NCBI GenBank assembly: GCA_030265395.1
Contig: JARFYF010000112.1
Span: 18,046,525-18,105,123, forward strand
Direction of reading: 5' to 3'
DNA from: Rhina ancylostomus
Taxonomy: Eukaryota
Length of the DNA: 58,599 nt
The notes beneath the pieces are model-generated. The model was given only the letters and a program-made list of their open reading frames with translations, made no database searches and had not been told where the DNA came from. The translations under genes were made by a program, and so were the position numbers. Shown piece after piece: positions 14,201 through 29,200 of the stretch. Numbering within the stretch: position 1 is the stretch's first letter; every line of letters begins with the position of its first letter.

Positions 14201-17200
14201 AAACTTGGTCTGGGAACCAATGAGAATTTCAGATATTTGGCTTTGATTAACATCTCATGGACAAATGCACAAATTGTTAAGCAGAAGGCACAACAACTGA
14301 GGGTCTGGCTAAATAGATTGCATGACATTCCCAGTCAATTTTAACTACTTTTAAGTCCAGCTCCAAAACACAGATTGCAACTGATTTAGGAAGTAATTGG
14401 CAGTTAAAAACGACAAAGCTGACAAATAAGTGTTATTTATCAAGTGACAAATGAGGATAAACCTTTGCCTAAATGGTCCAATGAAGCATAAAATGCTTGA
14501 AAATTGGGAACAATTAATGCAGATATCAATGCATTTTTCTTTAAATAGGAAAAGTAAAAGATATAGTTAAACAGAGCTAAATAAAAGAGGCCAAATGGCA
14601 GAAGCTAGATTATTGATCAAAGAGAGTGAACATACACAATGGACGAAGTGGACCTGTATTCAGTTACTTGCATCATGACTTCCTGATTTAGGCTGAAGTC
14701 AGCATGGTTTCCTTAAGGGGAAATCTTGCCTGACAAATCTGTTGCAACTCTGAGGAAGTAACAGGCAGGATAGACAAAGGAGAGTTAGTGGATGTTGTTT
14801 GCTTGGATTTTCAGAAGCCCTTGACAAGGTGCTGCACATGAGGCTGCTAAAGATAGGAGCCCATGGTATTACAGCAAAGGTACTAGCATAGATGGAAGAC
14901 TGGCTGACTGGCAGAGATAAAGGAGACCTCTTCTGGTTGGCTGCCGGCGACTAGAGGTGTTCCGCAGGCGTTGGTGTTGGCTCCACTACTTTTCACATTG
15001 TGTTAATGATCTGGATGACATTATTGATGACTTTGTGGCCAAGTTTGCAAATGATACAATGATAGGTGGAGGGGGAGATAGTGTCGAGGAAGCAGGGAAT
15101 CTGCAGAAGGGCTTGGACAGGTTGGGAGAATGAGCAAAGTGGCATATAGAATGCAGCACAGGGAAGTGTACGGCCCTGCACTTCAGTAGAAGGAATAAAG
15201 GCGTAGACTATTTTCTATATGTGGAGCAAATTCAGAAATTGGAAGTGCAAAGGAACTTGGGAGTCCGAGTGCAAGATTCCCTAAAGGTTAACTTGCAGGT
15301 TGCGTTGGTAGTAAGGAAGGCAAATGCAATGTTGTATCAAGAGGACTAGAATATAAAAGCAAGAATGTGGTGCTGAGGCTTTATAAGGCATTGGTCAGAC
15401 CATATTTGGACTACTGTGAGCAGTTTTGGGCCCCAGATCTAAGGGAGGATGTGCTGGCATTGGAAAGGGTCCAGAGGTAGTTTACAAGAATGATCTTGAG
15501 AATGAAAGAGTTAATGTATGCAGTGCATTTGATAGCTCTGGGCCTGTACTTGCTGCAGTTTAGAAGGATGGGGGGGATCTCATTGAAACCTACTGAATAT
15601 TGAAAGGCCTCGATAGAGTTGATGTGGAGAGGATGTTTCCAATGGATGGGGGNNNNNNNNNNNNNNNNNNNNNNNNNNNNNNNNNNNNNNNNNNNNNNNN
15701 NNNNNNNNNNNNNNNNNNNNNNNNNNNNNNNNNNNNNNNNNNNNNNNNNNNNAAAAAAGAGTCTAGGACCAGAGGGCACTGCCTCAGAATAGAAGGACCT
15801 CCTTTTAGAAAAAAAATGAGGAATTTCTTTAGCCAGAAGGTAGTGAATCTGTGGAATTCATTGCCACAGACTGCTGTGGATATTGGGTATATTTACAGCA
15901 GAGGATAATTAATGCCTTTGCTATCAAGAACCTAAGGTTACAGGGAAAAGGCAGGAGAATGGGGTTGATAGGAAATAATGAATCAGCCATGATCAAATGG
16001 CAGAGCAGACTCAATGGGCTGAATGGCTTAATTCTGCTGCTATATGTCTCATGGTCACAGGAGAGAAGTTGGCCGAGCTGAGATTTGATGAAAGTTTTAA
16101 AATAATGAGACTTCTGGGCACAGCTGATAAGTGGAAAGCTCTTCTATTTGGTGGAGGAAGCCAAGACTAGAGGTCACAGCCAAAAAGGGGGAAGAGAATT
16201 AAGAGTGATGAGGAAAAACACATACTTTTTTTTTAAACAAAAAGCATGTGGTTATAATCTGGAGTGCACTGCAGGGGATGGGTAGAACCAGCACAGACGT
16301 GGTGCAAATGGCAGCCTTCTGTACTGTAACCATTCTATGATTTTGAGCTAATGAACAGGAATTTCATATTCAATTCACAATGGTACNNNNNNNNNNNNNN
16401 NNNNNNNNNNNNNNNNNNNNNNNNNNNNNNNTGGTCTCATTATTCCTGGGAGAAAGATGAATGTAGACAATGGGAAAAATTCTGCTGGCTTCCATTTCCT
16501 TAAGGTTAATGGAGCAATTTCCTACACTGAAAAATGTGCAGACCAATAGAACAGAATGATACAGCTGTGCTGAGTAACAATGCTTAATTATTTTTACACT
16601 CTAGTGGTATTACATGAATTATTCACTCTCTATACAATTTATTTAATTCAGCATATTTCCTATTTTGATTGAAATGGTCTACTGATCATTGACAGAACTG
16701 CTACCCAGTACATAAAAAAACTAGTTTCAAGCAATAAATCTCAAAAGTACATTACAGAGAGGAATTAGAATCAAAGCCAAGAACTGCAGACATTTTAAAA
16801 AATGTTTAAGTGGAATTCTCAACATTTGGAATTTCACAGACAGTCAAACTATAGGTGAAATATAGAAAAAAAACTCTTAGGATTGCCTGTAATCTCATTT
16901 TGTCACTACTTAGGCTTCAAATTTAAAATGGGATGTACTCTGCACCCAAATATTCCTCCCAGATACGAAAAAAGTGTCTTTTCACCTTTCAGAAAAAGTG
17001 CAGTTCCAGAATTTTCATTATAGTTACTTTAACAATTACTTCATGGTGCTGCTCTTGAATTATTCAAATTAAGTAGAACCTACATGTGGCTTAAACATCA
17101 AGGACTCCTGACCAAAGAATCTAGACTGCTTTAGCCCATTTTAAGAAATGCACACAAAATGCTGGAGGAACTCAGTAGATCAGGCAGCATCTATGGAGGG

Positions 17201-20200
17201 AAATGAACAGTTGACGTTTTGGGCCAAGACCCTTCATTAGGGCTGTGTTAGCCCATTTTAATATTATCGTAATATTTCAATACCGACAGGTTCTGCAAAG
17301 CCCTTACACTGCTCAGTACTCTACATCTGAACTAGCAATCACAAGATCTTGTTGCTCTAAATCCAACATTCTGAACTCATTTTCCATGAAATCAGGGGCT
17401 CTCAGAGGAATATCTGTAATGACGTTTTCACCCCCACCCAACATCTGGGACCAGTTGAGATGAGGTTAATAGTGAAAGGCAATGGGGACCAGCATTTTCT
17501 GCAGGGTAGAGGGGAGCAGCAACAATATGACAAATGGAAGTGATAGGAAGAACCAGTAAATATAGGATAAGGAAGGCAATAGGGTGAAGGGCAAGGGTGG
17601 GAAAAGAAGATTGGTTCAGAGAAAGGGTTGAAACCTGGGAATTAACTAACAATTTCAGTGCAAGAATCAAGGAACAAATGAGAAGAAGGAGATTTCTTCA
17701 ATAAGGGCTTGGACCATCAAAAATGGATAAATGGTTAGAGATCAGAGAATGGGTTAAATATATAAAACACAAAATGGAATGGAGTTACATAAAGAGCAAT
17801 AACATCAGCATAGACAGTGAAGGATAAAGTCTCTGTAGTCATTATTCTATCAAATTTTTCTTTCATTGAATTATAGTCCAGGAGCATTTTTTTTGGGATA
17901 ACATGTGGAAGGAAGTGGCCAATGAGACCAAATCCACTGCCCCTTGTGCACTTTTAGTTTGATTCAAGTTGGCTTATGCAGGGCCATTTTGATCTACGAA
18001 GTCCAAATACAGATCAGTTATGATGCTCTTAATTCAGAATTGACAATCCACGCAGAGTGTCAACACCAGAGTCCAAAGAGAAAAGTGTCTGGGCCCCATC
18101 AGGAGGTAACATCTTGCTATAATTTCAAAATGAAACAGGAGTACTGCTAGTTATTGCAGGTGGTATGTAGCATTAAATACAGACCACTTAATGATACTGT
18201 TGGTTATGATTATTTAGGGCGTCTGGATATTGTCAGTATTATAAGCCATTTGTCCAGATTCAATTAATTGCTATTAGCTACAAGTAGAATAAAATTCCTT
18301 AAAATCTTCAAGCACCTCACTGCTAATCTTTCCAGTAGAGTGGTCTCCTTTCCTCTAGCCTTCAATTCTTAGCCTCCTCTTAGGAGGCTTCTTGATTATT
18401 ATAATTTATCATGCAACAATTGTGCAAGACACTTGACTATTCAAAACATTTATAAAGAGCTCAGAACTCATTTATAAAAATGAACACATTTGCAGAAGTT
18501 GCCTGAACTTTGAGTAGTCAACCTGATGGGATGGCTCCAAACTGGCAAGCTAAGTTCCTCATATAACAGGAGTTTTCCAGCCAACAGATAGCCTTTTCAG
18601 TGAATGTCTGCAACTGAGTGAAGGATCAAACTGATAGTAACAATGCACAAATACAAAAATTAGAAAATTTTGAAATTGTGGTACAAAGCCAACAAAGTAA
18701 CGTATTGTTCTTGTATTAACCTTAACAGTTTAGAATGATTAGAATGCAGAAATTCTGAACAGTTTATGCATAAACACATGGCAGATATGAAGCTTCTAGA
18801 AAATATTTTCTTCATCACATCAATATCCCAGACACCCAAAATAACAGTAATATTCCAAAGTTCAGAACTCACCTGAGAAGTGGTACAGTTCCCTCATGTG
18901 TATGTAAAAGACTATGAACCTGCGGCGCAAATGTTTTTAGGGACATTATTATGAATGGTATTTTGTAAGAATCTGGATCAAATTCATTTTCGCTGAAAAA
19001 CAAAATGAAAGCCAAACATTGAGTCTTTTACACTGATTGACATTCATTCTTGCANNNNNNNNNNNNNNATTTGTGGGTTTTTTGGGGAATATTTTAAGAG
19101 ATCTCTGAAAGTAAGTGATAATTGACGAAGTAAAGTCCTTTTTTATCCTTTGTATTGATTATGTTAATACAAACCTATCCACACACTGTCAGAGGTAATC
19201 TACAGATCTATCTTTTAGAATGCTAACAAATATTTCACAGCTATCATGCATTTACATATACAACCATACTGGAAACCTAATCATTAAAATTGACTAACTT
19301 AGAGTTTCTGCTGAATCTCTTGCCAGATTCCAGAATCATATATATGAACTTATTTATGATTTTTGCTGAAGCAGCTGGCCTAATACATTTTTTCTACAGT
19401 ATCAACTTTCCTTTGATTCAAAGCTAGTAAGATGAGCAAGATTAAGATATTCTACAGTACAGAATATCAACACATTTACTTTCGGAAGAGCAGTTATGTG
19501 AGCAAAATTTATTATTATAGACGATGAAAGGTTCATTTAAGTCATTTTGAAGGGACAGCAAAAACCATCTTGATCCTTATTCTTTACTGTTTACCGGTAA
19601 TATAGAACATCTATTTATGCATGAACCAACAGAAACAGGATTCCTACCTGTAACCTCTATCTGAACAATGCTGTTTGCAGATTGGTTCATGGTATTCTAG
19701 TTCTTCAAATATAACCGGGCTACAATTGGCTGACGAACCATCATATGACAACACAGAAGACAACGGACTCTGTCTTGCCTGACTGCTGGGCAGGAGACAA
19801 ACCATTCGTCCATTTACTTGGTCACGAATACCTACTGTGTCAGTTAATTTGTACAAGTCAGACACAATCAATTTGCGTCCAAATCTGGAGGGAGATTTAA
19901 AAAAGTTAGTTACCAACAAAAAAAGGCATTTTCTGAATACTGCAATCAGCTTATGCACTACAAATTATATAAAACAATTACACGTGTGCTAGTACTTGAG
20001 AGTACAAATACTGCTGAACTGAGCAAAAGGATATAATTGAAAATACCTGTGACAAAGAGGCTATTCATTTTGCCAAAGGAAAATCCAGTATACTTGATAT
20101 AATTAGAGGGGTTTAAGGAAAATGTGTGTACAATAGCATCTGGAAAATTCATAAATTTACCTTTAAAATTGCTAACAAATAGTTACAATATCTTAATAAT

Positions 20201-23200
20201 TAATTTAACATTTAATTTGCATCTCCCCAAGAAAATCAATTCTTTTATACACCTGAATTCAGAGGGACGCAAGAGTACAGAATCAACAAATAATGTGCTG
20301 GAGGAACTCAGCAGGTCTTACAGCATTTGTGGGAGGAAAGAAATTGTCAACATTTCAGGTCAAAACCCTGCTTCAGGGCCCAACACTGACAATTCCTTTC
20401 CTATCACAGATGCTGCATGACCAACTGAGTTCCTCTAACACATTGGTTGTTGCTCCACATTCCAGCATCTGCAGCCTCTTGTGTCTCCATAAAAGTACAG
20501 GACTCCACAACCAGAAAGGTAGTGCATTTATAGCCCACAGATCGATAATCTGTACCTTTTCTCATAGAGTTCTGTGAATTTTAGCAGTGGCAAGCAACAT
20601 GCTGGAGCGTCCTGCAGGATCAATATGGCCTCAGAACTATGATAAAAGAAAACAAAATAGAGCAAGACATTTTTAAATACTATACAGTTTATTAAAACAA
20701 GCTGTTCTGCAGTTTCTTCTTGAACAAAGGCAGGTACAGTGAGCAATCCAAGACCCATCTGAAGGACCAATTCTTGCATTTGATACCTTATTTCAAACAT
20801 CCAAGTTCAGTCTTAAATAATTTGTTTAGACTATAAGTTACTGGAACTTTAGATACCACTCCATTATGTGTTTCACAAAGCATGCTTCACAAAAATCTCC
20901 AACATCTATTAGAATTATATTGTAGATCACAGAAACGGGTCCTTTAGACCCACCTTACCCATGCTGACCATGATGCCCATCTATATTAATCCCATTTACC
21001 TGCATTATGCCCATATTCCCCTCTGCTTTACCTAGCCAAATACCTTTTAAACTTTATAATTGTACCTGTCCTTACCTCCTCTGGCAGCTTATTCCAGATA
21101 ACCACCACGCTGTGTGGAAAAACATATCCCTCTTATTTCCTTTAAATATATCCCTTCTCACCTCAAACCTATACTCTCCAGTTCTAGTCTCCCCTGCCCT
21201 GGGGGAAAGATTCTATCCTCTACATGTCCTCAATTTTATAAACCCAAGGTCACCCCATCGGCCTCCCATGTTCCAGTAGGAATAAACACAGCCTATCCAA
21301 TCTCACCTTATAACTACAGCTCTCAATTCCAGGCAACATCCTGCCGAATCTCTTCTGTAACTTCTCTACCGCTACAACATCCATACTGTAGTGTGACAAC
21401 CAGAACTGTACAGTATTCTAAATGTGATCTAACCAATGTTTTGTACAGCTGCAACATGAAGTTGCGACTTTTATACTCAATGCCTCAGCTTATGAGGGCA
21501 ACCTTACCAAATGCTCTCTTCACTAACCTGTCCACCTGTGCCTCCAATTTAGAGAGCTATGGATTTGCCATTTACTCTATATATCCTACCAGATTGTGAC
21601 CTCTAAAGTCATCACCTCACACGTCTGATTAAATTTCATCTGCCACCACTCCACCCAACTTTCCAGCCGATCTATATCCCACAGCATACTTTCACAATTT
21701 TCCTCATTGTCTATGATTCCACCAAATTGTGTGACATCAACAAGCTTACTAATCAGACCCTTTACATTTTCATCCTAGTCATTTATATATATTACAAACA
21801 AAGGTCCCAGTACTAATCCCTGTGTCCAGTCAGGACAACACCAATCCACCACTATGCTCTGCCTCCTATCACCAAACCAATGTTGGATCCAATTTGCCAA
21901 AATGCCTCAGATCTCTTAGCCTAACCTTTTGGACAAGCATCTTGTGTGGTACCTTGCCAAAAGCCTCACTAAAGTCCATGTAAACCACGTGTACTACACT
22001 GTCTTCATACATTTTCTTAAGTTATTTGTTAATCCATAATTGAAAATAGAGGGCTTTTCAGTCAAAATAAATTACGACATTTGCCTTTCTTAGTTTACTT
22101 CAGGGTTGCGATGAAAAGAAAATAGTTCTCTAAACTAGTTGGAGAAAAAAAACATGCCAATGTAGCCCTGCTGTTGCATTGGTTTTCCCCCTTTGATCAA
22201 ACACTACACTATTTATCTGGTGAGAATAAGGAATGTACCTTTTGTCAGACCATTAAGGCTTTTTGCTTATAACTGTTCCCCAAAAAAAACTGGTTGCAAC
22301 CATTAATTTTATGAAGGACCTTTAGAGTTAGCAGAGATTTAAAATAAAACTATGCAACTGGCTCAAAAATCAAGAAGTAAATCTTCAGAGCTAACTACAG
22401 TTTGGATTTGAAATAGAAAATAATTCAGAGTAGGTGTGGATCACAATTACTTCCATGCACATATGACATCATGGGAATAAAAAAAGATGTACAAATGCAT
22501 CTTTACCAGGCAATCAGCTAACTCGTCAAATCCACCCCAAACCATCAACATTACTCATTAGGCCTATTACGTGGACAATACTTCAGAACATGCAGAGATC
22601 TGGTTTCCAAGTTTAAAAAAAAGAGCTAACAGAATTAATAGCAACTTTCAAAATCAAGCAATTTTGAATAGTAGAGGCAAAAACAATTTTACCTAAGTAA
22701 AGCTAAAGATTTATTGACATTTCCAGTGGCTAATGATACTTGAATTCTCTTGCATCCTATTCGGTATTTGTGTAAACCATTGACAGCTGAAATCGCTTCC
22801 TGGAGACTCTCCATCTGCACCGTTGCCTTCAGTTGATAATCCGTATGAGGACTTAGTTCCACATTCTTCACCTATGTATTCAAGAGTCAAGATGAGAAAC
22901 AATTTTCAGCTAATAGAAATCACTCAAGTTGTTTTGATAGTTCATTAAAATAAAAGACACTAATTCCAAATTATTCACAAACTAAAATTGTAGAAACTGT
23001 TAGGAATATCTCCATCTGCCCTTGCAGCTAAATTCACCAGGTATGACTCATGCTGATCACATTCTTATTTCTTCTCACCACTGCAGCAAAGATTTTATGC
23101 AGTTCTACATTCTACCATTATATTTAGATATTGAAATTTTTTAGATTATTTTTTTCAGGCTGGCATTCATTACCTGTCCCCAATTGCCTCCAGGTGGTTT

Positions 23201-26200
23201 GTAGCCAGCATGAACTGCTACAGTCCTTCTGGTGAAGGTACTCCTATAATGCTACTGGGCAGGTTGCTCCTGGATTTTAGTTCAGCGATGAACGACTAAG
23301 GATACATTTCGAATTCCAGATGACATGCCAATTGGAGGATGTCCTACAGGGTGCTGTGTTCCCACATGCCTGAAGCCCTTGTCCTTCTTGATAGAGGGGG
23401 TTTGGGATGGTATTGGTGGATTCGCAAGGTAATACAGTTTAAGTGGTATAAGCTATAGCCACTGTGCACTGGAGGAAGGGGTGTTAATAGAGCAGGTGGT
23501 GTTGTGCTGAATAACATCAAGGAAATTGATCATTGTTGGAGTTTAAAAAAAAATCACACTCCTGACTTGTGTCTTGCAAATGATGGAAAGGCTTTGGTTA
23601 TCACTTTGATTTGCTCATATAATCATAGTTTTTACCTGGCCGGTCTAGTTAAGTTTCTGGTCAATGATGGCTCCCAGGTTGTTAATGATGGGGTATGTCA
23701 AAAGGTACCCCATCAATGTCAAAGATAGGTGGTCAGATACTCTATCATTAGTGATGGTCATTGCCTGGCACTTCTGTGGCACAAATGCCACAATGCTTGA
23801 AATATTGTCTATGCTTTGCTGTATGCAGGCAGGTATTGCTTCATTTGTTGAATTATAAACAAAATTATACATTGTGTAATCAGCAAACATCCCCACTCCT
23901 GACCTCATGAAGGTCACTGATGAAGCAGTTGAAAGTGGTTGGGCCTGGGACAATGCCCTGAGGAACTCTTGCAGTGATATCCTGGAGCTGGGATAACTGA
24001 CCTCCAGCTTTCACAATCTTTGTCCTGGGTGCGATGTACAATTCCAACCATTGCAGCTTTTCCCCCTTGAAGCACATCAAGTTAAATTTTAACCAGAGAT
24101 CATCAATGTCACCTTGGTCAAATATGTCAAGGGCAGTCACTAGCATCTGACCTCTGAATTCAGCTCTTTATTTGGACCAAGGCTGTGAAGAGGATTGGAG
24201 CCAAGGGGCCCTGGCAAAACCCAAGGGCATGTCAGTGGCAAGTAAGTGCCAATTGATAGTACAACTGATGACACCTTCCATCACTTTATTGTGAATTGAG
24301 TGTAAATCGATTGGACAGTGATCAGCTCAATTGGTCTTGACCTTTTTCTGATCACGGTGTGAATCAAGTTAGCTGAAGAACACTGGTGAGGATCTCAGAG
24401 AAAGCTCAGATTATCTACCTGGCATTTCTGGTTATAGTTAATTGTAAATGCACATTTTAGTCTTTAATGTTGTTGTTTAATGATACAACCAAGTGGCTTA
24501 GTAGGCCACTTCAGAGGGTACTTAAGAGTCAACAACATTGGTAGGTCTAGAGTCAGATAAAGAGGACCAGGTAAGAATGGTGGATTTCTTCCTCTGAAGG
24601 ATACAAGTGAACTAGATCAACTTGTGGTCATCAATATTAATGACTTGTTTTTGTTTAAACTACATATTATTAAATGAATTTCAATCCCACAGCTGGGCCT
24701 CTGCATTAGTTAGTAATTTAACCACTACACCATCAGTACNNNNNNNNNNNNNNNNNNNNNNNTGTGTGAGACAAATCCATCAAAACAACAGAATAAACAG
24801 ATGTTTAATCTTTCAATGTATATTCAAGCTGCACATTAGCCACAATATAACGACAATCCATGAATCAAAAAAAATCATATACTAATGTATGTTGAACTAT
24901 GACTGAAACACTGCAGGAGACATTTAAAAATTTTAATCTGAAATTGCTAAGGAAGATGAATTGTAAGAATATCAAAAAAAAAAGCTAACTTGAGCCAATT
25001 TATGGATCCCAAAAGATCCCAAAGCACTCCAAAACAAATCATTACTGTAGAGCAGGAGCACTCTAATAAGTGCACTGACAGTATAGAATGAGATTTAAAA
25101 CTGAAAATAAAGCACAGGAACAGATACAAATTCTGACACCTGAAAAATAGTGTACAAGCTTTTTGGTACAGTTTTAACAACATCCTATAAAGTGAAATGG
25201 TATGACGATTCATAGGTTCTCTCATCATTATGCTTACTATGGTTAATGGCCAAGCCAGAAGTTTACACTCCTACCAGATTTCTAACTCAACAAGAAAAAA
25301 CTCCTGGAGAGAGAACAAAGGAGGGAGACACGAAATAAGAACCTAATTTAAAAGACCTAAAAATAAGGCAAAAGGTTCATAGCTACCACTGACCTTATTA
25401 CTTCCGGATTTGCCATTGTAGCCACAAAATAATATTCAGTTTCAAGCATTACTTTCTATCCAAACATTTAGTTTACCTTGCCATGCCTGATGAAAATCTC
25501 ATGCAATATTTGATGTAGCTCCTTTCTGGACATCCTGTAATCCAAGTTGCTAACCTGCACATCTGCTCCATTTGCAAATGGGTCCATCTGGGTATCAGAA
25601 CAGTGAGTTTGATTTGTGCTTAAAGGAGAGGAGCGGTTTGAGAGGCTTGGGGACAGGCTCCTAGAATAATTAAGAGTCAAACATCGTCACACTCTTAAAA
25701 GGCAACATTAATGATTTACCAGAACTTAACATCAAAACAGTTTTCATACAGTAAAAGTTCACTCAACTGGCACTTGCAAGCTCAAATTAAAATCTACTTC
25801 CTATTTCTTATTAGTCATTAATCTCAAATATTTATCTCCAAATACATTTTGAAATTGTATGCATCTTGTTTAAAGGGTGGGCAAAATTTTAAAGTTACCT
25901 TGCAGACCAGGAACCGTGGCATGTAATAGGTGGTGTGTTATGTCTAGAAATTGACAACTTAGAAAAAGCAGAAGGGGAACTGACACGGAAGTCAACTTTC
26001 TTCTCAGTTCTGTCTGCAGGAGATTCCAACGAACTTGAAAAAGTTGGAGTGTCTCGCCTATTTAAGAAAACAACATTTTGAACAATGTTCTTTTTTTTGG
26101 CAATTTCTTGGGATTGCCTTTTATTTGTTATACTTACACATCAACATTCAAAGACTACTTTTATCTCAACTGAACACTTTTTATACAGCAAAAGATTGGG

Positions 26201-29200
26201 GGGGGGGGGGAAAAAGAGTGGAGTTTGGAGATGAGTTTGCTTGGAATTATAGTATTGAGAGTCAATAAACAATAGTCTTACGTAGGTGTCTTTACTGTCC
26301 AGATACTCCAGAGATGAGTGTAGGGCCAGAGAGTGGCATACAAACATTTCATCAGGAAAGTAATTGAAACTCTCTATGGAGGGGAGGTGGTAAGGTGTTG
26401 CATCTCCTGTAATTTTATGGGAAGGTGCCTTGGTAAGTGGGTGAGAAAAAGAAGTGGGCCATAGTGGCCTGTTGGAAATGGTTCCTTTTGAATGTTGGAG
26501 GAGGAAAGGAGAACCATCTCTGAAGCCTGAGGGTGGGAGGTGAGGACAAGGGAGCCCATCTGGATTCAGAGATTGAGGACAAGGGTGAAGGCAGAAGAGC
26601 AAAAAAAGGAACAAATACTATGGTAGAGAGGAATCCCTGATTCAGGAAAAAGAGATAATAACAAACAATTGAGAAAATGCCATCTGCAGAACAGATACAA
26701 CAGAAAGAGAGGGATTGATATAGATACTGGTATCTAGCATAGGCCTGAAATTTAAATAATGAAACTATATGGATCATAGAATGGTGCAGGAAAGGTGGTA
26801 ACTGGCAGGTATCATGAAGAATTCCAGGTCAGGAAGAGAGAAACCAGTATCAGTATACTAGAAAGACAGGTAAGGGAGGAGACCCAAGGCAGGTTGGAAC
26901 TTCCAATTATTCCACAAAGTGGAAGACATAACTAGGAGCCATTCAAAAGTTCCCTCAACAATAACTCCTTATTAGACGATAAAGAGTATGTTCTATGTTA
27001 AAAAGAGTAGAGCAAAAAATAAATTTAAATGAAAGAACAAGTTCAGCCACCTCAGAGAATGGTGGAAGAAAGCGAGAGCTGGCCTCCGTTCAAGGATGAC
27101 ATGGAGAGATCGCAAGCTGTGCCCAGCAAGGTAAGGAAATTAAGAGGGACAAAAGTTATTGTTACTTAAAGAGGACATTGAGAGAGGGAAAAGATTCAAG
27201 ATACAAGTATTAAGTTCCAAGAAAAAGAACAGGATTCAAATGGTGTCTTCCAGGCAGTACTGCTTGTGGATTTTGGATAGTAAGATACAAATCGGGTATA
27301 CATGATTTGGGGAGAAGGTATGGGTCAAAGGTTGGAAATAGTTGGGCAAGTTCTCTTGTATGACAATCTGGGAAACAATGACGATGGGCTCATGGTCCAC
27401 AGGGTAGATGCTGGTTCATCAAACAACAAAGGTAACGCTCATCAGGTTTTTTTTAAACTGATAAATTCAGACTGAACCTTAGTGAATGGACCAGGTATAG
27501 ACTGTGGGAGAGTCAATTATACTAATATACTTAATAGCTAACTAGTCTCCTCCTTTCTGATGCTAGGATCACAAATTTTGTAATTTGCTACTAATAATCG
27601 CTGTTCCACTCCTTTTGTGATGTCATTGATGGTCACATTGACATACTGTCAGTTCATCTGAAGACTTGCATTAGGACAGGCAACTGTACTTTTATCCATT
27701 CCATTATTCTAGCAGTCCTTCACATTGTGTTAACAACAAACAGTGCTACATTTTGACACTGTAGTTCCTCTAAGTGTGCCAAAGCATTAATTCCAGTTTT
27801 AATAAAATATTCTACTCAAAATATTAGCTTCCCATACAAAGGCCAAATCACTAATGAACTTCCAGCAGTCTTTAATGCCAGAAAGTTAAATAGACAAACA
27901 TCTGAAGGTAATATGTAACACTTTTAGTTTAACAATAATTCATAGTTTAACACTTTCTCATCAATGCATATAATTGACATGGCTCATCAAAACTGTGCTT
28001 ACTCCTTACTTCAATGTGCTTAATTAATTAAAGGAATGCAAGGAACTAAAAGTGTAAAGTTTAAGTTAATAAAATACAGAAGGATACAATTACTCCTCAG
28101 TCAGTTTAGCTGTTAAATATGAACTCACTTAATATTTCCATTGAAAGAATCTCCATTTCCTGTATTTTTAGGAGGAGCTGAGGAATGAACAGAATGGCTT
28201 ATTGGTGGAGAGTCAGGTCCTTGCTTTTTGATCTGTTGTGTCCGTACACTTTGCTTGGTTTTGGATTCCATACCACAGAGTTCCTTATAAAATAAATAAT
28301 TAACCAGTTAAAATTGTGCAACAATCTACAAAGTGAGTTCAATAGCTTTATCTGGATAAAATTTTAAAACCATTTTCCTTGTTTATTAAGTGTTGAATAA
28401 ACCAAAATCCCAACTGTTAAACTTAACTGAGAAGGTTAAACCTCATTCTCCAAGTCATTACTAAGAGGTACAAGAAATAGCACAGACCTTTGAAAAATAT
28501 AATGTTTTGTTAAAGCTAAACTTGACAGTAGGAGCAGAAATAGTTGAGTTTTATAGACCTAAATTGAATAAAATTAGAAGTAAAGACAATCAGGTTGTTT
28601 CCCTTGAACTTCGGGTATTTCAATGCTATTTATTTAATAATCATAACCACCAAACTCACTTTTGCTTATATTCTTACACACCTTTGACATTTACTCTAAT
28701 AATACCTACTTTCATTTTTCAAAATTAATTTCAAGAAATAACTATAGTCAGTTTGTGAAAGCACTTAAAATACATTTCCAGAGTTCATAAAACTCAGTAC
28801 ATTATAATGTAGTTAGCATATTATCATCAATCTACAAGGTGAACATTTATAAGTCCATCGAATACATACAGTTATAAAGTAACTGTGGCGTAAGCACAGT
28901 TTAGGAATAGCTTTGATATTTGTATTATTCAGTATTATTTGTATCAATTCAGCATAAGATATAGAGAGCAAATACTTACCATTTCAAGTTCCAATTACTT
29001 CAAGACAGATTATGATAATGAAACATTAAAAGTTAGCTTTTTAAAAAAAAATTCCATTTGTGTTTACTGAAACTTGAGAGGCTTTTGTAAACCAGTAGAA
29101 ACACTGATAAAATTCAACATTCACTTGTAGAGAAGCTGTTTAACTATAGTCCCTCATTCACATAGGATAATGATAGGTCTACCAGAAAGGACTAGAAGAT

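Noticed and set aside
21114-21599. 161-aa plus-strand ORF
   Set aside because: Antisense reading of a CR1 fragment.
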